Source: Setoptus koraiensis
Taxonomy: Eukaryota > Animalia > Arthropoda
DNA: 64,000 bases
Direction of reading: 5' to 3'
Assembly (NCBI GenBank): GCA_048013815.1
Contig: CM106586.1
Coordinates: 10,416,001 to 10,480,000 of the forward strand
The notes under the pieces are model-generated. The model ran no database searches, had not been told where the DNA came from, and saw only the letters and a list, made by a program, of their open reading frames with translations. The first letter of the stretch is position 1; each line of letters starts with the position of its first letter. This document shows positions 39,298 to 54,547 of this stretch, piece by piece. A program made the translations under genes and the position numbers.

Positions 39298-40742
39298 CTT
39301 TCGATTGATCTAGATTGGATGAGCCTGTCAGATGTTTCTTTTTTTCCTCTTGACCTCAGATAGAAAATTTACACGGCTTTCTAGGGTGTGGCTTTGGATG
39401 ATCAGGCGACAAGGTGGAAAATGAACAAAGTCAATTCCGTTTGTCTCTGATTCTATAAATCGATATTATAGCTCTGTGATGAGTCAACGTTCGCGGGAAA
39501 ATTCTGTATAATAATCAGTTCCTGGATTTCAAACATTGCATTGTTTGCTCAATAATTAATTCCGATCGGTTTCTTTGTTGTCCGGGTAACAAATTCACTT
39601 TTATAGTCAGTGCACTGCAATTCCAGTGATGGTGACAACAAAAAAACAATATTTTCAATTGTGATACTATGGTATAGGCTACGAATCTTGATACTATGGT
39701 ATAGGCTACGAATTGTGATCGTGATGTAATGGTAATAACGAAATTGTGATTAGTGTAAAGATAAAGTGAACTCAATGTTGTTCACACAAGCGACACTTGA
39801 CAGAGACGGCGTGACAGGGGTAATCATTTGTTTCACAGCGTCTGTATTTATAAGATAAGTTATTATTATGCAGTCACAATATATAATAATGTTTGTCTAT
39901 TTTTGTTTTTCAATAACATTGGTACTTTGGAAAGTTGTTTTGCGCAATTCCCACGATTCCGTCTGATGGAGCTAGCCAATGACGACTCTGAAAAAATGAC
40001 TGCTCGACGCAATGCATCATACTCATTTGTTTATCTGTCTTGTCACGAGTTTTGGCTCAATTTTTGAAAGTTTTCAGCATTTTATTGTTCCGTTTGTAGC
40101 GATATATCACAACATGCAAGCTATTGCGTGAGTGGGTATGGGGTCTGATGAAAGTTTTTTCGTTGATCCCCGGAAGCCTCCACGATATATGAGGTACTTT
40201 GGAGTTGGAGCCTTTTATTTTCCAGCAGTCATCGTCCTCCAGTGAAGAACCACTGTGGCGAACGATACATTGTAGGTACATTGGATGGCAACTGAACTTT
40301 TCTCGCTCACCTCTGCACTGTGCTGCACATGCTTACGCCCTGTGCTGGCACCAACAGCTGCGCCCGTTCTTTTAGCGTTTGCAACTCTAGACGAAAATTT
40401 GCAGTGCCGAGCCCGGAGTCGTGTTGCTTGCTGCACACGCTGTGCGCCAGCAGCATTCGCAGTGCGTTTGTCGGATGTACTACGATACTCATTCAATCAA
40501 TCAGTTGAGTTGGTCTGTTTTGAGGGGCGCACTCACGGTCCACGCCGCTTTTCGCATCGGCTCACTTCCATGTGCAACGCAGCTGACAGATAAATTTCAA
40601 TTCTTCGCTTCTCTTGCATTGGCTGACATTAGATTAGATATTCAATTATTTTCATATTTTCTTGAGGAATACAATCCGCACGAAAAAATATTATTATTTT
40701 ACCGAAATAATTGTCACTGTAACAACAATATAAGCCGCCAAT

Positions 40743-41246
40743 ATGACCAACACAAAGGGATACAGGCGTGGAACGAGGTACATGTTTGCAAAGAAATTTC
40801 GCAAACATGGTCTCGAGCCGCTGTCCACGTTTTTGAAAGTCTATAAGCGTGGCGATGTGGTGGATATCAAGGGCAACGGTGCCTTCCAAAAGGGAATGCC
40901 CCACAAATTCTATCATGGTAAAACAGGCAGAGTTTACAACGTTACCCCGCATGCCTTAGGAGTTGTTGTTAACAAACGTGTCAGGCATCGTATCATACCG
41001 AAAAAGATCAATGTTCGCGTTGAGCATGTGAAACACTCGAAATGTAGAGAGGACTTTTTGGCACGTGTCAAGAGGAACGACGAACTGAAACGTCAGGCCA
41101 GACTAGCCAAGGCAAACAAGCAACCTGTGCCGAAACTTCAACTCAAGAGATTGCCGGCTCAACCTAGAGAAGGAGAACTAGTAAGAGTTAACCGATACAA
41201 CAAGCCAAGAGAGTTGCGACCACAAGCCTACGAGCTGATTGCCTAA
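40743..41246 (+). CDS. RpL21: 60S ribosomal protein L21 (eL21), no coding intron
   Basis: [49 protein letters not shown] and [16 protein letters not shown] are diagnostic. AATAAA follows at 41260. Confidence 0.98.
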   Translation: MTNTKGYRRGTRYMFAKKFRKHGLEPLSTFLKVYKRGDVVDIKGNGAFQKGMPHKFYHGKTGRVYNVTPHALGVVVNKRVRHRIIPKKINVRVEHVKHSKCREDFLARVKRNDELKRQARLAKANKQPVPKLQLKRLPAQPREGELVRVNRYNKPRELRPQAYELIA

Positions 41247-42497
41247 GGTGCCCACGATAAATAAAACATAAAAAAGAATAAATCAACGTATCAGAATATG
41301 GAGCGTATCTCAGTATTTCCGTTCATCTTGTTGCCATTATCTCATCTGTATATTTCTTCTATTCCTGCCATGAAGGAGAGTGGCAGAAAGTCGAGGTTTC
41401 TGCCACTTTCTGCTACAGTGAGAACCATCTCTACCGTTCCTGCCAAATGGAAGAAACGGCGGAAAGTGTTGAGAAACCACTGAGTTTCTACGGTAGCACC
41501 AGATCCGCACCGAAATTTCTATACATTTTCTCACAAGGTAAACCTCTTAGGTCGGACACTCAGATCGAAAAGAAAATTATGCACTCTGGTCCGATAAATA
41601 GTGAAACCGTCGAAATGGATATTCTTTTATCCATGTTTTTTTGTTGTTCCTGAGATAATTGGATAATTCTTGCGGCGCATATCCCCCTAATTTATAAGGG
41701 TAGAAAGCGCACTAATTGAGAAATCGAGAGAATTTTGGAAATTTCTTGCAAAAACGTTCGCACATGATAAATTTAAGCAAAATTTTCAGAAAATCGCGAT
41801 TATTTCGGAGACAACAAAAAACGTGGATTTCTAATAGACCTTTTCTTGTCCAGTTTGATCTGGAGAGTCGATTTTGGCCGGAGTTTGCTGGATTCGGGCG
41901 TTCACGAAAAAGAGGTTTATCTTGTCAATCCTTTACTTCTATTTTCGCCGCGGGAGCCCTTTTTTGAAGTTGTTTTCGGCTAATTTATGCGATGAAACTA
42001 GCTTAACTACAAGATAGAGCGAAATTTGTTTCGTGACCTTGATTGCGGCGTTACTCCAGTTAGTCCTGGTTTCCATGACAAATGCTAATGAAATTTAATA
42101 ATAATTATGATAATTAGTGCAAAAATAGTTTAGCAGGGCACTCCCTAACAGCTCAACCCTTTCTTTGAGCCTAGATATTCTAGTTCTTAACTCTCGCTGA
42201 ACCTAGTGTAATATAAATTTACTCAAATAGATCCGCTTGGTGATGGACACTGATCAGTTTCTCTCGATTGTCTAGTATCTGTCCATTGTTTAGGTACTAC
42301 ACTCAATTTCTTAGATCTTAGCACAAAAATAGACTTGGGTTCATCACCATCAAATGGTTTGTCACCAACACTGTTTTGCCCACATTGTCTGTCAAAAGGG
42401 CGATCGAGAAGTAACGAGACATCTAATCGCTAGCTGAGTTTGATCTAACCAGCAATCAATTGGACAGTTTGTAAATGATTGAGACGCGGTATCAACA

Positions 42498-44616
42498 ATG
42501 ATTTCATCATCAGATTCTAACACAATCAATATGAATATCAAGGAACAAGAAAGACGCTCCGAGAAACTTCATAAAGACCAAGAAGTTTATGAAAATGTTA
42601 ACTATAAATTTTTAAATTGTCACATCCTATCATCAAAGAAATTTAATATATTCAGAATAGGCTTTCTTCTCATAAACTATTTTAACGTGTCAAGTATCCC
42701 TTACTATTACGATCACGCCAAGTACGGCACTGGACGAAGAGTGTACAGTGTGATTGCAAGCCAATCTAAATACAAAATAGTCGCGCAGTATATACAATTA
42801 CTCTTTGTATTTGTCTGTCTCTTTCAATCTGCATATAACGGGTTCAATTCGTCCCCTAATACAACCGAAGAGTTTGCAGCAGTTTGCCCTATAAACGATG
42901 ACAATACCAACCAAATTACCGGTGTATCCGGTATTTTGTGGCTCTATTTAGGATATTTTTTACGCTTAGCGGGACAGATTTTCACCTTCGACCCTTGGAA
43001 ATCTGCAAGGCAAGAAAGTGCAAGTCTCAATATTTTGACATTTGGATTAACATTCAATACATTCATTCAAAGACTGTACAATCTATTCAGATATCAACAG
43101 CCCTGGTACGATAGCAGACAAGGAATAAGAGGATCAAATTGTAACAAAGAACATTATCAGGTTCATGGCATCCATTCCGATCAATCTGATCATCGTAGGT
43201 CATCAGCTAAATTTCACGAGAGTTTGTTTGAAACAGAATTATCCCTTAGAGAACTTTGTCAGTATTGTTTTACTAGCAAGCCTTTGAGTAAGCAATTGAT
43301 AAGAAAATATCCAGTATTGAATGCAATGAATGATCGAAATCTATCGGAATTTGACTTTGAAAACGGACCTATATGCTCTGCGAAAATTTATAAATTCATC
43401 ACAGTATACACCCTCTTTTTAATGCATGTAGCAGCATTTTTTACAGCTTGGTCTGTCGCTATGGATTTATATATATGGACCATCTGGACACCGATAGAGT
43501 TACACAACTTGGAAGACGTTACGAATTTCTGCCTCAGAACAGTCATGATGGGGTCCCTCAATTTTCTTAACATTGCAACACTTGCCGACACTTACCTGCT
43601 CTTACTGATAACTGTCATGATATATAGTAGATTAAGTATTTTCCATCATAAATTGACAAACTTCGCTAAGGAATGTCGCCTGACCAATCAATTAAGCAAT
43701 CATGGCAGAATAGTCCAGCAACTGAAAAAGGAGTATCCTTCGCTCAAACACTACTACAGTGTCAACGCTAGAAGGATTAGTCTTGATAGATCCGCGTTTC
43801 ACGAATTTATGGATGGAGGAATGATCGATTTTATACCGTCAGCGGTGCCTTTAGATATGAGAGAGGGGTACAATGAGGATTGTGTGAAATTATTGGACAT
43901 TTTTCATCAGTTATTGTTTGAATTCAAACAATTTAAGCTGCACATGGGCGTTAGAGCTGATCTGGATGTTCTTATCACATTATGTACCACGACATGGTTG
44001 ATCAGTACGATGATTGTTTGGTACTTCGATTGTTCTACATGCAACTACAGATTTATACCGTTGGTGATATATTTTTCTATAGTATGCATTGGATGTTCTG
44101 TAAATATCATGACACAAATTGTGTTTCCCGCAATTGTATCGAACCAGGTAAGCGTCTGCGAATCGTGCACCGTTACCAGTTGCAAAAGGCTTGCTTAGCT
44201 ATGAGTAAAAACTAACATTCCGAATTGTACAACTTGATATTTTCACTCTATCCGTAATGATTTAAAGTTCAAAATAATACATCACAAGCTATTGCTCCTA
44301 CTTGTCAACCAACCGCTTTTGTATTCGAGAAATATAACGCGCATTATGGACACATGTCTCTTCTTGCAAACAAAATCTCAGATATCTATGACGTTGTTTG
44401 GCACGATTCATTTGACCCACGATCATTTTCTTAAGGTGAGTAGATTTGTTTTTGCTTCATATTGCTCTTCTGCCGATGCGATTAATTTATCTTCAATTTG
44501 ACGACTAACTCGCCCCTTTATCCCCTTACATGCCTTGACATTCGTAGATATTTGTGTGGCTCACGACAGCGGTATATACATTTATGCAATTCACAAAAAC
44601 AACCGCAAAGAATTGA
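42498..44616 (+). CDS. Gustatory-receptor-like 7TM chemoreceptor A, 628 aa; exons 42498..44147, 44268..44435, 44548..44616
   Basis: Multiple hydrophobic helices and two phase-0 3' introns (CAG|GTAAGC, AAG|GTGAGT). The spliced C-terminus reads ISMTLFGTIHLTHDHFLK|IFVWLTTAVYTFMQF, resembling the GR TM7 TYhhhhhQF motif. The exon structure is identical in three paralogues. Confidence 0.78.
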
Positions 44617-44805
44617 GGCAACATCGCGCACTGCAAATGTAACAAAGGCACTGTTGCTACGATTATGCAAATCCTCGAGTATATTCAAAGGATATTACCC
44701 TGACTTTTGGCATCCAAAACCTTGTTCGGGACGCTGAGCAGCTGAATACGTTTTGCCAGGTTAGATCGGAATCTGAGGATATCAATAGGTAAGGTTTCCT
44801 TGCCA

Positions 44806-47800
44806 GTGCTTGCTCCTGCTCGAGAAAAAAAAAATACACGATGGTGATTATCTTACGTAATCACGGAAATCAGTCTAGTTGAAATGCAATTCCACCATTC
44901 TTTGTTGTCAACAACGATAATTCCAATGAAAACATATTTACAAAAATCGAAAACAAAATAAACACAAAGCTAAACAAAAGAAAATTATACACCATAAATT
45001 TGTATTGATTGGGGTCAAAAAGTTAAATATTCTGGGCGTTCAGATTGAAACGAAATAGTAAACATCTGCACTTTTATTCGATCTTTCATGCGCGTTGTGC
45101 ACTGGGCCCACGCTATTTGCCCACCAATCTGCTGATTCGAAATTATAATTGATCATTATTCGAGAAAACGTCACTATTAACATAATTTAGCACGAGCTAA
45201 GTACGACGTGTTGAAATACAATCGAGTTTTCTCATTAATGTGTTGTTTCGGTTTTCTGACGTAACACAACCTTCCAACGAACATGAGTCGAAGGGGAGTT
45301 TTATCACATTTTATTGTAGGCCCTCACCGACAATTGCTCTCAGAAAAATTGAGAAAGGGGAAATGAATGATTGGATCTAAATCTGCGCAATAGAGGGGCA
45401 TTTGTTTTTCTAATCAATACTTCTAACGACCTCAACCGGAAGTAGCTTTCTGTGCGCAGAGTTAAGGCCGAACATTCCTTGTCCTTTCTCAGGATTTATG
45501 AAAGCAATTGCAAATGGAAGATTGCCGACTGTCAGATTATAGTCAGAGACGCCGGTGATACAGTTTATAGAGACAATCGTCGATTGATTATTGCTTTTGC
45601 AGCAGTCATTTTCGTATAATAAAAATATCAAACATGACCAAAAAAGCTAGATCAATTAATTCCGACAATGTAGAGTCCCCATATTTAATAAAATTACATT
45701 CATTTGACGCTCGCAGTGAATGTATGCAGATATGTTCGAAAAATCATCACAATCAAATCGAATTGCCTTGGACCATCAATAAGTCATCGTCGCTAGCACC
45801 TAGGAATTGTGCACAAGCTACAATAACAACCCCCACACCACCGGCAACTCAATCAACTTCAGAAGAGTTCAGATTCAATATTTTCGCGTTGGGCCGCCGT
45901 CTGATAGCCAACTGCAACATTTCGGTGTGCCCTCACTACTATGATTTCAGGAGATACGGTTGTGGACGTAGAGTGTATCAAGCTATTGCAAACGATTCTA
46001 AAGCTCTAATAAGTTTGTACTGTCTAGTGGTAGTTTATCTATCTATCTGGCTGGTTCAATCAGGTTATAATGGGTTTGGTGGTAAGGCCATTGTCTTGGA
46101 TAATTCTTCAAAAAGTGGCTCCTCTCTATTCAGATCACTGAACTATATTTGGAGCACTGCGATAAAAATTGTCACATATGATCATTGGCAACGAATGCCT
46201 AGACATCTCCGGCGACGTATAAATTTATTAACATTCGGATTCACAATAAACGGGCTCGTTCAAAGATTGCACTGCCTATGGAGATTTCAGCAGCCTTGGT
46301 TTAACACTAAGCAAGAAATGCGAGAATTGAGACATTTTTCTCTGTCACATCCACATGGCACCAACAGTAGACGCGAAGATTATGATCCTGCTAATTGCAT
46401 TCGATATGTCAATTTTCTATCAAGCCCCAAATTCACTATCAAGGAATTTTTGCAATATTGTTTTACTAACAAGCCATTGAGTGAAAAATTGATCAGAGAG
46501 TATCCGTACTTGAGAGAGATGACCAAACGTGATATATTGGAACTGGATCTTTCAAATGTCGTATGTTCTTCGAAGTTGTTCAGAACTATGACTGTGGCAA
46601 CCGTCGTTGCGATCTACCTAATGTTTGCTTTTCCTTTTGGCACAATGGGCATGGACATGTTTATAGCCAAACTTCACAAAGTCAGGAAATGGGATAACTT
46701 ACCACATGTTATTATAAACCTATCAATAGGGGCCAATTTGGTTATTTTGGCCTTTCTTAACGTACTGACATATGCCGACTTTTATCCCCTTCTTGTTTTC
46801 ACCTCTATACTTCGCGATAGATTAGTCATTCTTAATCTTAAATTGGAAAATTTCATTCGTGAATGCAACATGAACAATCGAATCAGCTCATGCTGTAGTA
46901 CGATCATTGAGAAGAAAATAAATGATGCTTCATTCGTATTCGATTTCAACGGAAAAAGAGCAAAGTCTGGAATCGATCCAAAAAAATATAGCTTTCTTCG
47001 CCCACCAATTTCAAACCATGACAATAGAAAACGCTTGGAATCTCTCGTAGCGATACCCTCAGAAATAAGGCAACAATTCAATAGAGATTGCGTCGATTAC
47101 TTAAATATGATCCATCAGCTTTTGTTTGAATTCAAACAAGCCAAATTGAATCTTGGCGAAAGGACCGCCTTAGATATATTCCTAACATTATGTACCTTGA
47201 CATGGATAATTAGCTCACTGATAAGATGGGAATTCAATGTCAATAATGTCAATTCTATACACGATGGACGATTTAAACCGATCATGGTCTTCTTAGGTTC
47301 CTTGACCATCATATATTTCATCTATGTCTTTGTTCAGATTCTTTTTCCGGCGCTTGTCTCTAACCAGGTAAGCAGCTCTTCAAGATCCATTCCTGCTTGA
47401 GATCAAGCCTGTTTAACCGAATTTTTTTTTTTTTTATAATGATTTTCTACGTATGCGTTCTATTTTAAAATTACGACGATTTTATTCATACTTGAAAGTT
47501 TAAACAAGTAAATCGAAAGCTGTTACTTGTATTGGCCCAGCAGCGCCTATTAGATAGTAGGAATAGCTACGCGATTATGGAAACTTGTCGCCATTTGCAA
47601 ACGAATTCCGAGGTAGCAATAATATTATTCCGAACAATTCCCTTGACCTTTGACCATTTTTTTACAGTAGGTAACATAAACACTGATATTTATCTACTTC
47701 ATTCTTGACAGTTCAGTCGAATCAGTTTCTCTAACATCTTTTTCTCTGTTTAGGTGTTTGTTTGGCTCACGACGGCAGTCTACACATTCATGCAATTTAC

Positions 47801-48335
47801 ACAAATTGACTTCGGTTAAGGAGCACCCATCCGTATCGAGGCAACAACTATTATGCCGAAACACTGTGCTGAACAGCAGATTCGAGATCAAGACTGACTA
47901 CAAAATATAACATCTACCCAAAGAAGTGACTATGTTTAAACACATAAATCCTTAGATAGAGAGTTTTCGTTGTGACATTGACAATTCGTAATTAATAGCT
48001 AAAAGATTGTACCCCCGCAATTTCAAAGCAATATACTCTAAAATTAGCGATTCTAGTAGTATGGAAATTATGCTGAATCGGGATTCACGAATTGGATGGA
48101 TACTATTGGATATGTGGACGAAAGATAATTTAACCGAACGTTTGATGTCCAATTGTTGATCTGGCTCTGTTCATAGAGAGTGCGAAATTTGATCCCACTG
48201 TTTAATACACACTCGCTCAAAAAATCAATATACTAATGGTAAATCCAAGCTTTTACGAAGGCTACTGCAAGTAGAGTTCCAGTTTAAATAGATTGGCAAT
48301 ATCGATTGATTGTCTGTTTGGAAAGGTAAAAAAAG
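44806..48335 (+). repeat. Segmental tandem duplication, copy 1 (GR-B with flanks and ABCC leader element)
   Basis: Matches 50102..53700 at the left edge (CAGTG..GAAAAAAAAAATACACGATGG), across the upstream region, CDS, introns and 3' flank. Offset is ~5.3-5.4 kb. Confidence 0.9.
45634..47819 (+). CDS. Gustatory-receptor-like 7TM chemoreceptor B, 655 aa; exons 45634..47367, 47499..47666, 47754..47819
   Basis: Paralogue of A with the same 168-nt middle exon; ends VFVWLTTAVYTFMQFTQIDFG*. All introns are GT..AG. Confidence 0.78.
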
Positions 48336-48381
48336 GATTTATTTGAGCTGTGTTAAATGTTTATGGAATCTATAATATGGA

Positions 48382-48945
<564 letters not shown>

Positions 48946-50101
48946 CGTAACGATAACAACAGTGGAGATTTCTCATGAACTCAGGAGATTAATCCTCGTT
49001 TTATGGCATTTTCTTGGGTAATAAAAATAGAAAAACCAGTCCATATTCAGAGCTTGTCGATCGGACTGTCTATTTTCTTGTCCAGCTTAGACCCGAGCGA
49101 TGAAAGGGCCTTTGGAACCTTTGGATCTCTCGGCATCTTTCGAACACTGTCTAGACACTTCTTCTCATCGTTTCGCTTGTTTTAAGTTTGTCGATGGTGG
49201 CTTTTCGCTCATCGTCCTTTCAATTATTGCATGTCCCCCATTATTAGCATATGTAGTTCATCATATGAGCTCTGTTTCTCTCCATACCGCACCCGAATCG
49301 ATCTTCATGTGAACAAATCAATCTGGTGTGGAGTTCCGATTTTCCGCAAAATGACCTTATCTCAATAGAGGAGTAGATAGTCCGGTTTCATAACTAACAT
49401 ATCAATGGATATTCATGGATATCCAAATATCAATCGCATTTCTTGTGAAGCTCCTGCCTATTCATTCGTTATTCAGTTACAATCAATAGCGATTGATCTC
49501 ACGATCGAGTAACCAAGCGCATCACGTTCTCGTGACAATCAATGAAAATTCGCGCAGTATTGGTTAGGTTAGTAGCTTTCGAATATGCACGTATGCAATT
49601 TCAAAACTCAGATTGTTTATTCTAAGGATTGTCGTTCGAATAGTTTCCCCGTACTCGCGTAGAGTAGCACTGTGGTGTTTTCATCGTGACGAAATGTTTT
49701 CTAACCTTACAGCCGGGCCTCTGCCAACTATAATTTCTCAATATTGATTTCCCTCGCCAACCTCCAGTTGGAATGTTTCACCCCAGTTCAGACAATGTAA
49801 TCGATTGCAGAAAGCAATAGCAAACTATTATAATACTCATTACCTAAACAGACACTTTCGGGAATCTCTGCTCACATCTGTGATCGTTTGTCATCCAGAA
49901 TTGAGAACTCTATTTCTATGGCATCATTGTCTAGGATCGCTTGACTCCCGATAATTTCTCTATTAAAATGATTACATTTTCTCCATTTGAAAACGGAGAT
50001 AGTTTCTCTGTGATAAAGATTGTGTCACACACGATTGTGTGTTACAACAGAAACTCAGATGATTCTATAGTTGCTCACTATAATAGGATAAAGAGGAGAC
50101 T

Positions 50102-53100
50102 CAGTGTTTGCCCCGCTTCGAAAAAAAAAAATACACGATGGAGTTCATCTCACTTAATCACGTGACCAGCAGAGTTAAAAAGAAACTTGCAGATCAAAGT
50201 TCTATGATTCAACCATTATTTGTTGTCAATAGTGATATGCTAATGAATGCAAATAAACATACAAAAAGTTTCGGTGCTTCATAAGGTCACCGATAATAGC
50301 GTGATGCTTTAAACACAAACTATAAACTGACTATGTTGCCATTGACGATACTTGAATCATGAATTTTTGATGATCGTAAACAAAATAAACACAAAAACAG
50401 CCTTTCCTGATTCGATATTTCGAAGGTTGCATATTTTATCCTCGAAATCGTATTAGAATAGGAATTTGTCCCAAGTCACTTTCGGACTCATGAAGCAGAG
50501 TAATTCAAATAAAATTGACGCCTGAGTAATATTTTCCGTGTGGGACTACCCACCGAATTGGTAAGTAAATGGTATCACCATGTTTTGTTTTTGGTAAACA
50601 CGATAAATTTATGATTAAATATACGAATGAGGCTGAAAAATTGAACATTCGTTGCGTTCGGGTTGAAACGAAAGAGTATAGGAGACATTTGTAGTTTGAT
50701 TCAGCCTTTCATACGCGATGTGCATACAGGACCGACGCTAGTTGCCCACCAATCTGCCGAGTCGAAATTCTAACCCATCCGCGATTCGGATAATCATTTT
50801 TTTGTTAATACAATTTTCATTGTGCAGATCGAAACAGTTTATACGAGTTCAGTGCAACGTGTTAAGAAGCAACTAAGTTTTCTCATTCATGTATTGTTCC
50901 GGTTTTTCGTTGTAACACGACGACCAGTGAACAGAAGTCGGCGAGAAAAATTGTCACGCTTCAGTGAAGGCACCCTGACCTTAAAATAAATAGGAGATTT
51001 TCGTCAGTCTAGACACTGGCGAAACATATTGCAGAGATAATTGTCGATAGGACTAATTGTAGCTTTTGCAGCCGCCATTTTCGTAACACAAACAGTATCA
51101 AACATGATCACGCGAGCGAGATCAATCAATTCTGATAATGCAAAGTACTCAAGTTCGGTTCGACTGCGATCAAGTTCGGAAAATCATTGGAATCAAGTTG
51201 AATTGTCGAGAAGCATCAATAAGTCACCACCGCTAGCCCCTCAGAATCGTGCACAAGCTACAACTACAAACCCACCGACCACCGAATCAGCTTCAAAATG
51301 GTTCAGATTCAATGTGTTCACCATAGGCCACTTTCTGATAGGCTTCTGGAACTTTTCGGTGTGCCCCCACTATTATGATTACAGAAGATACGGTTCTGGG
51401 CGTAGAGTGTATCAAGTTATTGCAGACGAGTCTAAAGTTCTAATAAGTCTTTACAGTCTCATGTTGGTTTATTTAACTTTTTGGCTAGCTCAGACAGCTT
51501 ACAATGGATTTGGAGGTGCGCCCATTGTCTTAGATAATCCTTCTACAAGCGGCTCCTTTCTCTTTCGAATACTGAACTATATTTGGAGCAGTGGGATAAA
51601 ACTTGTCACCTATGATCATTGGCACCGAATGCCTGAATATCACCGTCGACGCATAAATTTATTAGCATTCGGATTCACATTCAACGGGCTCGTTCAGAGA
51701 TTGTTCTGCCTATGGAGATTTCAGCAGCCTTGGTCGAACACTAAGCAAGAAATGCGAGAATTGAGACATTTTTCTCAGTTACATCCACATGGCATCTACA
51801 TTAGACGCAAAGATTATAATCCAGCTCGTTGCATCCGATATATCAATTTTCTATCAAGTCCCAAATTCACTCTCAAGGAATTACTGCAGTATTGTTTCAC
51901 TAAAAAGCCATTGAATGAAAAATTGATTAGACAGTATCCGATTTTGAGCGAGATGACCGAGCGTGAGATATTGAACATAGATCTTATTAGTGGGTCTGTA
52001 TGTTCGTCGAAAATGTTCAGAAGTATAACTCAGGCAACCACCTTTGCAGTAGGCCTATTGTTCTCTTTCCCTTTACTCACATTAGCAACAAACATCTTTA
52101 TAGCAGAGATTCACGGACTCAGGAAATGGAATACCTTCCTAAATATTGTTATCAATATATTGAAGGCGATCAATATATTATTTTTGACTTACGTAAACAC
52201 ACTAACTTTTGCCGACTTTTATCCACTCCTTATTTTCTCGACTGTACTTTACAATAGATTAGTCATTCTTAATCTTAAAATGGCAAATTTCATCCGTGAA
52301 TGCAACCTAAACAATCAAATTAGCATGTGCTGCACCATGATCTTAGAGAAGAAAATCAATAATGCCTCAGTCATATTCGATCTCAACAGAAAAAGAGCAT
52401 TGTCCGAATTCGATCTAGGAAAACGCACATTTGTTTGCCCATCAATTCCCGGCCAAGACAATAGAGAACGCCTAGAATCTCTCGTAGCGATACCCACAGA
52501 AATCAGGAAACAATTCAATAGAGATTGCATCGAATACTTGAATGTTATCCATCAGCTATTGTTTGAATTCAAACAAGCCAAATTGATTGTTGGCGATAGG
52601 ACTGCCTTAGATATATTCATAACATTATGTACCTTGACATGGATAATTAGCTCACTGATTTTATGGGAATTCAAGCGTTCTTTAAGAGACGGACGATTTC
52701 AACCGATCGTGATCTTTCTAGGTTCCTTGACTCTCATATATATGATCAACATCTTCGTTCAAGTTCTTTTCCCGGCGCTTGTCTCTAACCAGGTAAGCAG
52801 CTCTTCAAGATCCATCCCTGTTTATTAGAAATTTTATTTTTTTTCTGATTATTTTCTACGTATTTTAAAATTACGACGATTTTATTCATACTTGGAAGTT
52901 TAAACAAGTAAATCGAAAGCTGTTACTTGTATTGGCCCAGCAGCGCCTATTGGATCGTAGGAATACCAACGCGATCATGGAAACTTGTCGCCATTTGCAA
53001 ACAAAATCTGAGATATCAATGATATTGTTTCGAACAATTCCCTTGACCTATGACCATTTTCTCACTGTAAGTAACAGTATGAACTGATGTTTCTCTACTT

Positions 53101-53700
53101 CATTCTTGGCAGTTCAGTCGAATCATTTTCCCTTACATCTTTTTCTCTGTTTAGGTGTTTGTTTGGCTCACGACGGCAGTCTATACATTCATGCAATTTA
53201 CACAAATTGACTTTGGTTAAGGAGGACCCATCCGTATAGAGGCAACAACTATTATACCGAAACACTGTGCTGGACAGCAGATTCGAGATCAAGACTGACT
53301 ACAAAATATAACATACACCTTAAAGAACAGACTGTATTTCGACATGAAAGTCCCAAGATAGAGAGTTTTCTTTGCAATATTCATCATTCGTAATCAATAG
53401 CTGAAAGATTAACCGCCTGTGATTTCAAAGCAGTCGATGATTTGATATGATCTAAAATTAGCGATTCTAGTGATAGGGAAATCAGGCGGAATAAGGAAGA
53501 TGATTTAACAGAGCCATTGTGTTGTTGACCTTCATCGGAAGCAAGTGCGAAACTTGATCCTGCTGCTGTATAATGGTTGACATTCCCATTAGCTCGAGAG
53601 ATACATGACAATTCCAAGTTATTTCAAAGGTTATTGGATTCGTGCCGTGCCGATCTGACAAGATTGCCAATGTCAAGTATTCAACTGCTTGGAGAGGTGA
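50102..53700 (+). repeat. Segmental tandem duplication, copy 2 (GR-C with flanks and ABCC leader element)
   Basis: See copy 1. For example, 47461..47498 and 52861..52898 differ at 1 of 38 nt. Confidence 0.9.
51104..53220 (+). CDS. Gustatory-receptor-like 7TM chemoreceptor C, 640 aa; exons 51104..52792, 52899..53066, 53155..53220
   Basis: Closest paralogue of B. The ATG at 51104 aligns with B's ATG (AAACATGA context); the track's 51041 start is TTG. Same introns and same TM7 end. Confidence 0.78.
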
Positions 53701-53950
53701 GTTAATTTTTCTATGCGTGAAAACGGCGTATCAATAACATAGGATTCGAGTTTTTTTCTGCAATCTTTCAACCATAAACAACGGCAGAGACTGATTTATT
53801 CTCGACACTAGGGTCGGTCAGCGCCAGAAAAGCCATAGAACCTCGCACGCACATCTTCATGGAAAGCCGTCTCACCAACTTGTTGGCTACATTCAGGCTT
53901 TTATTCGCAATAAAGGCTACTTTAGGCCACTTTGAGCTACTTTAGTCACG
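53661..53950 (+). pseudogene. Truncated 5' ABCC fragment (leader element and first codons)
   Basis: Encodes HIFMESRLTNLLATF versus MHSFMESSLANLLAAF at 55042, with the first ATG replaced by ACG. It breaks off in a 10-bp tandem repeat (GGCTACTTTA-like x4) and a stop codon. Confidence 0.8.
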
Positions 53951-54547
53951 GGCTTCAATTGAAAAAGTCAATAGCCATTTGAGGCTCCCATTCGGATGAA
54001 TAGAGGTTCAAACCATTTAGAACCACACTATTGTCAAGGCAGTAACTATTCGGAAGATTCAAAAACGCTGAGCTCAACTTCGGATGCAAGATCAAGCGTG
54101 ACTAGGAAATACAACGTCTACCCAATAAAATCACGATCAACAGATCACGTCTAGACACATGAGACTAGGCTAAGACTATGAGTTTTCAATGATACATTGA
54201 CAATCCACAATTAATGGCTCAGTAATTAACCGTCAGTGACTGCAATGGTCGGTATACTCTAAAACAAGCAATTCTAATGGCAGTTGAGTTTGGCGGAAAG
54301 GTATTCACGAATCGGATGGTTGTCATGGGTTATATATAGGAGAGATTATTAATCTTGCTCTGCATACGAGATTTGCAAGACTTAATCCCACTTCTCAATT
54401 GCTCGGGAGATCGCTTTACTTTAATTATAACTCCAGATAGCTGTGAGGGTTATTTCAGGTAAAGCTCCAGTGTGATTAGATTGGCAATGTCAATTCGACG
54501 CCTGGAGAGGTAAAAAATAATAAAACAAAAATCTATGTCAATTACGA

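Noticed and set aside
48960-49330. Possible decayed copy of the protease 5' region on the minus strand after the ABCC remnant
   Set aside because: Only scattered 7-10-nt matches are visible by eye; not supportable without an alignment.
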